The notes beneath the pieces were generated by a model. It worked only from the letters and a program-made list of their open reading frames with translations, did not search any database and was not told the DNA's origin. This document shows, piece by piece, positions 35,247-45,398 of a stretch of 64,000 nucleotides of DNA. Source of the DNA: Guillardia theta CCMP2712 (Eukaryota; Protista; Cryptophyta); NCBI RefSeq assembly GCF_000315625.1, contig NW_005434502.1, positions 1 through 64,000 on the forward strand, in the 5' to 3' direction. The translations under genes and the position numbers were made by a program. Position 1 is the stretch's first letter; each line of letters begins with the position of its first letter.

Positions 35247-38084
35247 ATGGGCAAGCCGAAGGTGCGGAAGACCGAAACATGCCAATCATGCCAAAAACCA
35301 AGAAAGAAGGCCAGTGTTCGAAGATGGCAAGGTGTGCCTGTTTGCACAACTTGTGTACATTTATTCAAAACCCAAAAGGATGAGTGTGGTTCTAAGCGGA
35401 TTTTGCTCTCGAAGTGGGATGATACCTTGGTTTTCAAGCTGTTGGATTTCTTGCAATGTCAAGATCATGCAACTTTGTCTTTGGAGTGTGAAGACAACAA
35501 TCTTCTCACTTCAGCGACCCAGCATCTGAAGTTAAGTCTTCGTTCTGTATCCTTGTTTGAAGTCCAAAAGAAGCTAAAAGTCCTTGGAGATGTTTACGGA
35601 CATACATCAGAAGGGTTTGCGAAATGCTTTCTCTACTATTACACCAAGGTTTTCGAAAAACAAGCATCTGGAAATCCACATGCAGGAACCACTGCTATTT
35701 ATGAGCATTTAAATCGACTTCGTACACAGCTTGGTAATATGCACAGAAAGCATCGAACTCTTTTTTCCCGAATCGAAAAGTGGTCTACCTCACATTTCGA
35801 AGATTTGAATTCATTACAATCCACGATTCACGATTACTTTTTGCGGTAAGTCTGTGATGTTGCTTTCTTCCCCTCTCTGTAGTGTGATCATTCTGCAGAT
35901 ATGCAAAATTGTCGGATGAGCATGTTGATCCATGTCCCCCAAAGAAGCACACCAAGGCAGACTCCGAGCTGTTCATTCAGACAGTTTGTGAAACGTTCAG
36001 AACCCTTGATGGCAACACCCGATGTGAAATCATCCGAAGGATTCTGAGTGAGCACGACTCTCTGTGTCAAGCACAAAAGAAAACATCGGAGCATGAGTTC
36101 TCTGCGATATGCAATGTCGAAAGAGCAGTTTCAAACTTACATGCTTGTGGATTGCCAGATGTAGTTTCTGAATTGGTGATGTTTGCCAGTAATGATATCG
36201 ACGCTTTCAGAACAACACACAAAATCATGCCGTACTTGGTAATGGATTGGTGTCGTCAAAGTTTTAGAGCGAAAGATTCGAGGGGCATGAGATTCTCCCC
36301 GGAGATTATCAGTTTCGCATCAACACTCAAAAACCTTGGCAATGCGACAATGTTGCGGTTCCTGTCAGGGCCAGGGAACAAGTTTACAGACAATTTCCAT
36401 TCTGATCAGGCTTTACATAACTTGCCTCTGCCATGCATCTCTACTCTTTGCAAGCATCAAAGTGCTGACATGAAAACACGAGATGTGAAAAGGTCAAGAA
36501 TATGTAGCGAAATTTTGGACAATTACAGCGAAATGATGAGTACTAACCTTGTAGATGGTATCCACGTGTTGGCGATGGACAAGACGATGATCAATGCTGG
36601 TTTTTGTAAAGAATTCGAAGATTGCGAAGCAGATTTAGGCAACCAGTATGGATGATCGAACTCTATGTTCCTCTATTGCTGCATACATTTCAGGGCTATT
36701 CAAGTTCGAGCCTCCAATTTCAGAGCACGACATTGAGAGTGAGTGCACCTTGAACAATGCCGATGAATACGATGGGGAAGACCTGTCGTCATTGTCAGTC
36801 ACACCTCAGTCGGGAATGGTACACATGGATGTGCCGGAGATGAGAGATATCAAAAATTTTGTTTTGCAATTGCGACGCAACCAGGCCATATGGCAGGTTC
36901 AGAATGAGAAGACGCTAAGATGTAGCACGAGCAAGAGGCCAAGATTGACCTTGAAAGACATGTTCTGTAGGCTGAAAATATTTTGCCGAAGGTATGGATA
37001 CGAAGAAGTTCTGTCATTAGCCAATGACAATCAAGATGAGGAAGAAACATACACTCCATGGGAGATGGAGCGAAGGATAGCAGATGGGCTAAATGAGCTG
37101 GATGAAAACAAGATCCGCTTTAAATTTGACGAATGGCTGTCCAATCCCGTCATCTCTCCTATCACCAAGAAGTTGTTATTCTTCTCACCGTGCATTAACC
37201 ACTTGTTGAAGAATGTCAGGCATTCGATTGGATCAGGGAAGTCACAATCGTCTTCACCGGAAGCCAAGATATGGCATAAAGCTTACAGTGATATCGCCAA
37301 GAAGAATCCATCATGGATGTCTCAGATGGAGGTCGATGGAACCGCCGATCCACAATCTGTGGATATCATGCTGAAGATGTTCAGTGAAAAAGCCATCAGT
37401 CTACTGAAGGCAGAAGGGCATGAAGCGACAGCCAGAATGGCAGAAAGTATGTCTGGCCTTCACAAAGCATTCGATCAAAGAGGTCTGACAGTTTCAGAGA
37501 GGATACGTCTAGTACGCGAAGCTCGGAGTTGGTTGTTGGAAGGGATCGACTGGACCACGGTCAGCCAGAAACACGTGAAAGGATTATCTTCTGTCGCGTT
37601 TGAAGGTTTCATAGTGGCAATTGATACTCATCTGCAAGTACAGCAGTACGTGAAAAATAAGAGACATGTGCTTGGAGACGGAGACTATGACTTCAACTCA
37701 CGAACTCTCTGCACCGATAGTGTGGAGAATCTGTGGTCATTGATTGGCCATCTGAACAAGAAGGATTTCTTGAGAAAATTCAATCAGGCTTGCACAGAGT
37801 TATGTAAAAAGGTGGACCCTGACCTGCCCTTTGTGTACGAGCATTCGAAAAAACGAATTGTCCTCAGCCAACCGCATGAACGGGACACTTTCAACGTACG
37901 GAATGGATCAGATAATGACGGGGAAGCTGAGAACAGCACACATAAGAACAGGCGAAGACGAATTTATGCTAAATCAGCACAATGGGATGGAGGCCTCAAT
38001 GGTAACATGCCCGGGTTTCGGGGATTACGTGACATTGCTGGTTGCAAGTCGAAAAAGAGGTATACGAAAAGTAGAAAACATTAA
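35247..38084 (+). mobile_element. P-element-superfamily-like DDE transposase gene (3 exons, ~909 aa), TIRs not identified
   Basis: N-terminal C4 finger (CQSC..CTTC). RFSPEIISFASTL...LPLPCISTL (P-type HTH region), VLAMDKT (first D), CINHLLKNVR (C/D-x2-H motif), DPQSVDIMLKMFS, TLCTDSVENLWS (catalytic E). Introns 35846-35898 (GT-AG) and 36639-36693 (GC-AG, inferred) join the three ORFs in frame. Confidence 0.75.
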
Positions 38085-38457
38085 AAAGAGCGATAGTGAC
38101 ATCCGAATCATTGGTATCATGAGATAGAACTCACATTTCTCTGATAGACTGTGAGGTTTTGACAATTGTCATCATCGCGCTTTTTGCTTTAATCATCCTT
38201 AAACCTGGTCGCGGCCTGGCTGCCATTGCGATTTCCTGCAAACTTACCCACCCCCTCCCCATCAACATACCCTCTATCATTGAGGGAAAGACACCGGTCC
38301 TAGACCCTTTTATCGCGAGTTCCACCCCCGTGGGCAGGCGGCTGGGCAGGCGGCTGGGCAGGCCCCCCTGGGCAGGCCCAGTGCAGGCCGGTGCTGCAGG
38401 CACACCAGGGGCACACACTGAGGCACACCAAAGTCCGACGGGGCTGCCGCTGCTGTT

Positions 38458-38688
38458 GTAGGGATGAGTCATGGTAAAGTCCAGAACCAGCCCATTCCAG
38501 GTGTGGGTGGAGTGGCCAGGGAGCCAGAGGTCGCCCATGAGTCTGTTGGTGGGACCATGCTTGTTGCGGAGAACCATAGTACACTGCTCATGCACGGTGG
38601 TCCATAGAGCTGCTCGGTGACAACAATTGGCCAGGTGAGAGACGCTGCTACCTGTCGATGAGTCTAAGGCTGTAGCACAAGGATCACA
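38458..38688 (-). mobile_element. Remnant of a non-LTR retrotransposon C-terminus (CCHC knuckle + restriction-like endonuclease, CRE-type)
   Basis: CDPC...LD...HLANC...WTTVHE followed by RLMGDLWLP...LVLDFTMTHP, resembling CxxC..H..C, RH(D), R(P/G)D and LDVTVTHP of RLE elements. No reverse transcriptase is visible. Confidence 0.55.
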
Positions 38689-38892
38689 GTTGGCAGGCAG
38701 AAGTTGCACGTTTGTTGCATCAGAGAGTATAGCAGGCCGCTGAGATTTCCAAGTCGAATTGTACAGACAAGTAAACCTCACAAACATATGAGTCTTTTGT
38801 TAAGAAAGATCTCGCGAGCTATCGCAATGCTATCTCGCTCTGAGGGGTGTTAGATGCGCGTCTCTTTCCTTCCTATATACCTCAAATCTTCC

Positions 38893-41835
38893 TGTACCTG
38901 CAGCTTTCCCTGCTGGCTCACCTGCTGCTGCCTCACCTGCTGCTGCCTCACCTGCTGCTGCACCTGCTGCTGCTTCACCTACTGATGTTTGACCTGCTGC
39001 CTCACCTGCTGCTTGACCTGCTGCTGCCTCACCTGCTGCTGCCTCACCTGCTGCTGCTTCACCTGCTGCTTCTTTACCAAGTTGTTCCTTCTCCTGCTGC
39101 TTGACCTGCTGCTTCATCTGCCGATGCTTGATATACTGCTGGCTCACCTGCTGCTGCTTCACCTGCCGATGCTTGACCTGCTGCTGCTTCACCTGCTGCT
39201 GCTTCACCTGCTGCTGCTTCACCTGCTGCTGCATCTGCCGATGCTTGACCTGCTGCTGCTTGACCTGCTGCTGCTTGACCTGCTGCTGCCTCACCTGCTG
39301 CTGCCTCACCTGCTGCCGCTTGACCTGCTGCTGCCTCACCTGCTGCTGCCTCACCTGCTGCCTCACCTGCTGCCTCACCTGCTGCTGCTTTACCAAGTTG
39401 TTGCTTCTCCTGCTGCTTCATGTACTGATGCTTGACCTGCTGCTGCCTCACCTGCTGCTGCCTCACCTGCCGCTTCACCTGCTGCTGCTTCACCTGCTGC
39501 TGCTTGACCTGCTGCTGCCTCACCTGCTGCTGCTGCTGCCTCACCTGCTGCTGCCTCACCTGCTGCTGCTTGACCTGCTGCTGCTTCACTTGCTGCTGCT
39601 TGACCTGCTGCTGCCTCACCTGCTGCTGCCTCACCTGCTGCTGCCTCACCTGCTGCTGCCTCACCCGCTGCTGCTTCACCTGCTGCTGCTTGACCTGCTG
39701 CTGCTTTACCAAGTTGTTGCTTCTCCTGCTGCATCACCTGCTGCTTGACCTGCTGCTGCTTGACCTGCTGCTGCTTTACCAAGTTGTTGCTTCTCCTGCT
39801 GCCTCACCTGCTGCTGCTTGACCTGCTGCTCACCTGCTGCTGCCTCACTGTTGTGCTTTACCTGCTGCTGCCTCACCTGCTGCTGCTTCACCTGCTGCTG
39901 CTTCACCTGCTGCTGCCTCACCTGCTGCTGCTTGACCTGCTGCTGCTTCACCTGCTGCTGCTTCACCTGCTGCTGCTTCACCTGCTGCTGCTTCACCTGC
40001 TGCTGCCTCACCTGCTGCTGCATCTGCCGATGCTTGACCTGCTGCTGCTTCACCTGCTGCTGCTTCACCTGCTGCTGCCTCACCTGCTGCTGCCTCACCT
40101 GCTGCCTCACCTGCTGCTGCCTCACCTGCTGCTGCTTCACCTGCTGCTGCCTCACCTGCTGCTGCTTCACCTGCTGCTGCCTCACCTGCTGCTGCCTCAC
40201 CTGCTGCTGCCTCACCTGCTGCTGCTGCTGCCTCACTTGCTGCTGCCTCACCTGCTGCTGCTTGATCTGCTGCTGCTTCACTTGCTGCTGCTTCACCTGC
40301 TGCTGCCTCACCAGCTGCATCCTCACTTGCTGCTGCCTCACCTGCTGCTGCCTCACCTGCTGCTGCTTGACCTGCTGCTGCTTGATCTGCAGCTGCTTCA
40401 CCTGCTGCTGCTTTGTGTGCGTCACCTGCTGCTTGACCTGCCAATGCTTGACCTGCAGTTGTTTTTGTTGCTACTTTACCTGCTGATACTTTTAACTGTT
40501 GATGTTTTGCTTGCTGCTTTGCCTGCTGATACTTCACCTGCTGCTTCACAGGCCTCAAGTAATTATACCTCGCTGCTCGCTGGGTCTCGGACAGATTCTT
40601 CAGGACAGATTCTTAAGAAAAGATTTTTTAGGCCTCATCGCTTAGCCTGTCTCCCTCCTGTATCATTTTATCAGTGAACCTGCCGCTGCTAGGCACTGCC
40701 TTCATCGATGCCATCGCAAGTAGATAAGTAGATGCCCATAGAGCCCAACCTTGCTTCCTGCCTCTCCTCTTGTCCCCTGCTCCTACGCTGTGCTTGGGAC
40801 TCGTTGTGTTGAACTGCCAGCAAGCTCAATGGCGGGCAAAACTATGTTTGATATTAAGGATGTGTGACGTGTGAAGAGTGTCAACTTTGCTGCTGCTGCT
40901 TCACCTGCTGCTGCCTCACCTGCTGCTGCTTCACCTGCTGCTGCTGCTGCCTCACCTGCTGCTGCCTCACCTGCTGCTGATCGACCTGCTGCTGCTTCAC
41001 TTGCTGCTGCCTCACCTGCTGCTGCCTCACTTGCTGCTGCTTCACCTGCTGCTGCCTCACCTGCTGCTGCCTCACCTGCTGCTGCTTTACCTGCTGCTGC
41101 TTTACCAAGTTGTTGCTTCTCCTGCTGCCTCACCTGCTGCTTGACCTGCTGCTGCTTGACCTGCTGCTGCTTTACCAAGTTGTTGCTTCTCCTGCTGCTT
41201 GACCTGCTGCTGCTTGACCTGCTGCTTGACCTGCTGCTGCCTCACCTGCTGCTGCTTCACCTGCTGCTGCATCTGCCGATGCTTGACCTGCTGCTGCCTC
41301 ACCTGCTGCTGCTTCACTTGCTGCTGCTTCACCTGCTGCTGCCTCACCTGCTGCTGCATCTGCTGATACTTCACCTGCTCCTGCCTCACCTGCTGCCTCA
41401 CCTGCTGCTGCTTGACCTGCTGCTGCCTCACCTGCTGCTGCTTCACCTGCTGCTTGACCTGCTGCTGCCTCACCTGCTCCTGCCTCACCTGCTCCTGCCT
41501 CACCTGCTGCTGCTTCACCTGCTGCTGCTTGACCTGCTGCTGCCTCACCTGCTGCTGCCTCACCTGCAGCTGCTTCACCTGCTGCTGCTTTGTGTGCGTC
41601 ACCTGCTGCTTGACCTGCCGATGCTTGATCTGCTGCTGCTTGATCTGCTGCCGATGCTTGACCTGCTGCTGCTTCACCTGCCGATGCTTGACCAGCTGCA
41701 TCCTCACTTGCTGCTGCCTCACCTGCTGCTGCCTCACCTGCTGCTGCTTGACCTGCTGCTGCTTGATCTGCAGCTGCTTCACCTGCTGCTGCTTTGTGTG
41801 CGTCACCTGCTGCTTGACCTGCCAATGCTTGACCT
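38893..41835. repeat. Complex 15-bp CTG-rich satellite (CCTGCTGCTGC[C/T]T[C/G]A), two blocks
   Basis: Blocks ~38893-40455 and ~40887-41835, with recurring higher-order spacers (ctttaccaagttgttgcttctc; catctgccgatgcttga). Confidence 0.95.
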
Positions 41836-42272
41836 GCAGTTGTTTTTGTTGCTACTTTACCTGCTGATACTTTTAACTGTTGATGTTTTGCTTGCTGCTT
41901 TGCCTGCTGATACTTCACCTGCTGCTTCACAGGCCTCAAGTAATTATACCTCGCTGCTCGCTGGGTCTCGGACAGATTCTTCAGGACAGATTCTTAAGAA
42001 AAGATTTTTTAGGCCTCATCGCTTAGCCTGTCTCCCTCCTGTATCATTTTATCAGTGAACCTGCCGCTGCTAGGCACTGCCTTCATCGATGCCATCGCAA
42101 GTAGATAAGTAGATGCCCATAGAGCCCAACCTTGCTTCCTGCCTCTCCTCTTGTCCCCTGCTCCTACGCTGTGCTTGGGACTCGTTGTGTTGAACTGCCA
42201 GCAAGCTCAATGGCGGGCAAAACTATGTTTGATATTAAGGATGTGTGACGTGTGAAGAATGTCAACTTTGCT
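40312..42272. repeat. ~580-bp near-identical direct duplication (40312-40891 and 41693-42272, offset 1381)
   Basis: Unique sequence ...ggcctcaagtaattatacc...gtgtgacgtgtgaaga(g/a)tgtcaactttgct occurs twice; I saw one substitution in the unique part. Confidence 0.92.
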
Positions 42273-42401
42273 AGGTTTTTTCAATGTTTTATTCGCAGAG
42301 CTTTTCTGGTGCGATCTCCCTGTGTTCTCCTAAAAAGTATACAGGATGTAAAGAGCTCAGCGTCACGCGACGAGCAAGCAGTTGAAGTTCCAATGTCGAT
42401 T

Positions 42402-43580
42402 TCATGCTCTTGTCGTGAAGAGAGCAGCGATGGCGGTCACCATGAGAGTGAGTGCCATAAAAGCTGGGGTGCCAGCTGCGGAACTAGGAGCGGGAGCAAT
42501 GGGCACGGTAGGAGGCCCGACAACCCATCGAGACTGGCTAGAAGTTGTGGATGTTGCGCCAACGGCAGGTGCGCCTGCAGACCCGTAGAGGACCGTCTGA
42601 CCAGCTGTCTGAAAGTATTGCTTAGGGAAAAGGATGTCAAAGTATACAGACATGTCGTCTCCAGTTACTTTGTTGGCCCTGATATTCACGGTATCGCTTC
42701 CATACTTCGATAAAGATACAGGATCGCCTGATCCAGCGGTGGCGTAGTTGAAACCCTTCGAGAGAACCAAGGAGATGAGCTTGCCGCCTAGAGTGAAGGA
42801 GATGTCATTGACCTCGACGTTACTCATCTCGCTCAGCTTCTTCGATTGGGAGTTGAAAGTCATCTGTGCTGAAGTCTGGCTCTTGTCTACCACCGTCATC
42901 TTCAGTCTGAGGCCGAGATGCGTGCCCTTAGGATCCGCAACGTACTTGCTACCCATCGTTCCGCCGTAAGCCATGAACGCGATGTCGCCGGATACGAATG
43001 TCACATTCGTTCCGGTACAAGCTCCGTTGGACGTAGAAGCGATACAGTAATCTGCAGTGTTTTTGAAGGTTTTGTGGTCAGACGGAAGGTTGTCTGGTGC
43101 ATTCCATGAAACGGGAATGGTCTTGGTGCTGATAACCCCTTTGGTCATGATCGCATTGACCACGCCAACAAAGCCGCAGCTTTCAACAGTGTTACCAACT
43201 AGACCTCCGGCCATCATGTATGCAAACTCTGCAGTTCCCTCTTTGACGCCTGATTTACTCGAAACAAACCCATTGATGGAGACATTCGTCAGAGCATTTA
43301 TCATGTTGACCTGGTTGGCATTGGTGGCGTAGGTGTTGATATCGTAGATCCATGCCATTGAGTCGGGGGTGACTGTGACATAGGCTGAGGGGCCAGGGGA
43401 GGCAGCGGTGCACGGCCCGTAGGCAGCAGAGGAACAATCCTTCAAGTTTGCGCAATCAGGTATGACACCGGCGCAGATGTCCTTTCCCTCGGCTTTGACA
43501 AAGCTGTAGGCGCAATGAGAGCCAGGAAGGGAGGAGAGCAGGAGGAGCAGAGCTGCCGCGTGGTGAGCAGCAGCACGCAT
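42402..43580 (-). CDS. Intronless secreted, probably GPI-anchored or C-terminally anchored surface protein of unknown family
   Basis: 392-aa ORF: signal peptide MRAAAHHAAALLLLLSSLPGSHCA, Cys-rich N-terminus, beta-rich core, S/T/P linker, hydrophobic C-terminus FMALTLMVTAIAALF; AATAAA downstream. Confidence 0.8.
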   Translation of the reverse strand: MRAAAHHAAALLLLLSSLPGSHCAYSFVKAEGKDICAGVIPDCANLKDCSSAAYGPCTAASPGPSAYVTVTPDSMAWIYDINTYATNANQVNMINALTNVSINGFVSSKSGVKEGTAEFAYMMAGGLVGNTVESCGFVGVVNAIMTKGVISTKTIPVSWNAPDNLPSDHKTFKNTADYCIASTSNGACTGTNVTFVSGDIAFMAYGGTMGSKYVADPKGTHLGLRLKMTVVDKSQTSAQMTFNSQSKKLSEMSNVEVNDISFTLGGKLISLVLSKGFNYATAGSGDPVSLSKYGSDTVNIRANKVTGDDMSVYFDILFPKQYFQTAGQTVLYGSAGAPAVGATSTTSSQSRWVVGPPTVPIAPAPSSAAGTPAFMALTLMVTAIAALFTTRA

Positions 43581-45398
43581 ATCGCGAGGCAGGGCGAGAG
43601 CAGGCGAGGAGAGGAGGAGGAATATAAAGGCGAGCCTACATCAGACCACCCTCTCGTTCACCATTAAAAGTACCCCCATCGGAGAGCTGATACCCCGGAG
43701 GTCTTTGTGGTACTACAGTTATCTGACAGAGACGAGCAGTCCCCCGGGAGTTGAGATATTTCAGTACTGAGTTGTTTTAGTCACAATTACGGATTACCAT
43801 CGACTTCAACAGGATCGCACCGACTCAGCATCATCAAGTACCCCCGTTCGTTACATTTATCTTAACTTCCGAGGTCTTGTTGGTGCACCAAGAAACTTTA
43901 CTTCCACATTTATATCAGTCAGAAATGCCTTGCCCTTCATACAAGGGATGGAGTGGGGTGGGTTACCACCCACCAAGTAGTCATGTAATATGGTGCAGGA
44001 GAGCGGTGATCACCGACGGCGAAGTGGGTACCGGGTACCAAGAAACTTAACTTCCCAGTCCCACACGAGACGGGCAAAATGACCCCTCCCCCGGGACAGG
44101 ATTTTCATGGGGGTCAGTGGGGGGGTCGAGTCACCCGGATGATTGACCACTGAAAAAAAAACACGTAACTTCAAAATAGAATTTAATAAACACAAATTAA
44201 CTTAGTTTAAAGTTAAATTTGTGAAGGAACTTTTACTTGTTTACTCTCTACCGCCAGGCACTGGCGGCACTGAGCTGCCGCTGAGCGGCCGGTTGTCAGA
44301 AACTCAGTAGACAGAAAATGATCTCAGAGTATCCCGGCAGCGAAGCAGTTCCAACAAAGAGTGCAGTCTCGCGTTCTTGACAGCGCACAGGCTGCGGCAT
44401 GCTGTTCCGAGGCCCAATTGAAAAAAGGATCCGACATTCGTCAATTGAGGCAGTTGTAATCTGTTTCACTGAAGCCTGGCATAACTGCCGCCGAGTCTTT
44501 GACACGGCGGCCCGGGTCAGTGTGCCGGGCTGTGTAACCGTCGAACCGTCCGAGAGGCAGGGTAGAGTCGGGTGGTCTGACGTAAGTTTACGGTGAGGTG
44601 GGGTGGTACTTCACTAGAGAAACGAAGCACCCCTGCAATACATACGTATATTGGGGGTGCTGGTACCTAGAGTGATTCGATATGGTAGGGGTAGTAGGGT
44701 CGAAGCTGAAGGCACAGGTATTGGAGGGGTGGGGTCACCTGTTGACTTTTTTCTTTGACCCTGCCGGGGTACACGATGCGCTGCACAGAGGACGAGCCGC
44801 TGAGCTGGGAGCGGAGGAGAAGAGGGAAGCCCGCGGAGAGAGGGAGAGAGAGACAAAAGATGGGAAGTGATTGAAAAATGTTTGCAGAAAAACATGAGAA
44901 GAATTTAGGATAATCATGATCCGAACAAGAGTAGAAGTATCATGTCTTGCTGAGAATGGAACGTGACGTTTACGTTGAAATCTTTCAAAGGAAGAAAATT
45001 ACGTAAGAATGCGATTTCGGTCGGCGTGGAGAGGGGAGATGGTTGTACAGTGATCTTTAGAGAATGATAAGTTCTAGCATCAAATTGAGCAAGAAAGAGC
45101 AAGAGCGAACCTCTTGCAATTTTACCCCTTCTTGTGGTTGGTTCAATTTGATCGTTGGAAAAACCAATCACGACAAAAATTAGAATCTTAATGAAAACCT
45201 GCGACAGAGATCAAATTTTAGTCACCAAAATTCATCAGTCTTTACGAGAGCGCGCTTCACAAGATAGGATTGCTGATAGATGAAACCAATTTGGTTATAT
45301 ACTAAGCAAGCAATTCGAGTTGTTACCAATTGATTTCTCATTCTGTATGATTTCGTTGATTTGTTTTGATCTCATAGTTAAGTTAACAAGCTTCCGAA

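Noticed and set aside
38830-42058. Many long overlapping Q-, A-, L- and C-rich ORFs
   Set aside because: By-products of a stop-poor 15-mer satellite; frames break at spacers, so none is called as a CDS.
40312-42272. Possible LTR pair
   Set aside because: No TG...CA ends, primer-binding site or gag/pol; the interior is only satellite.
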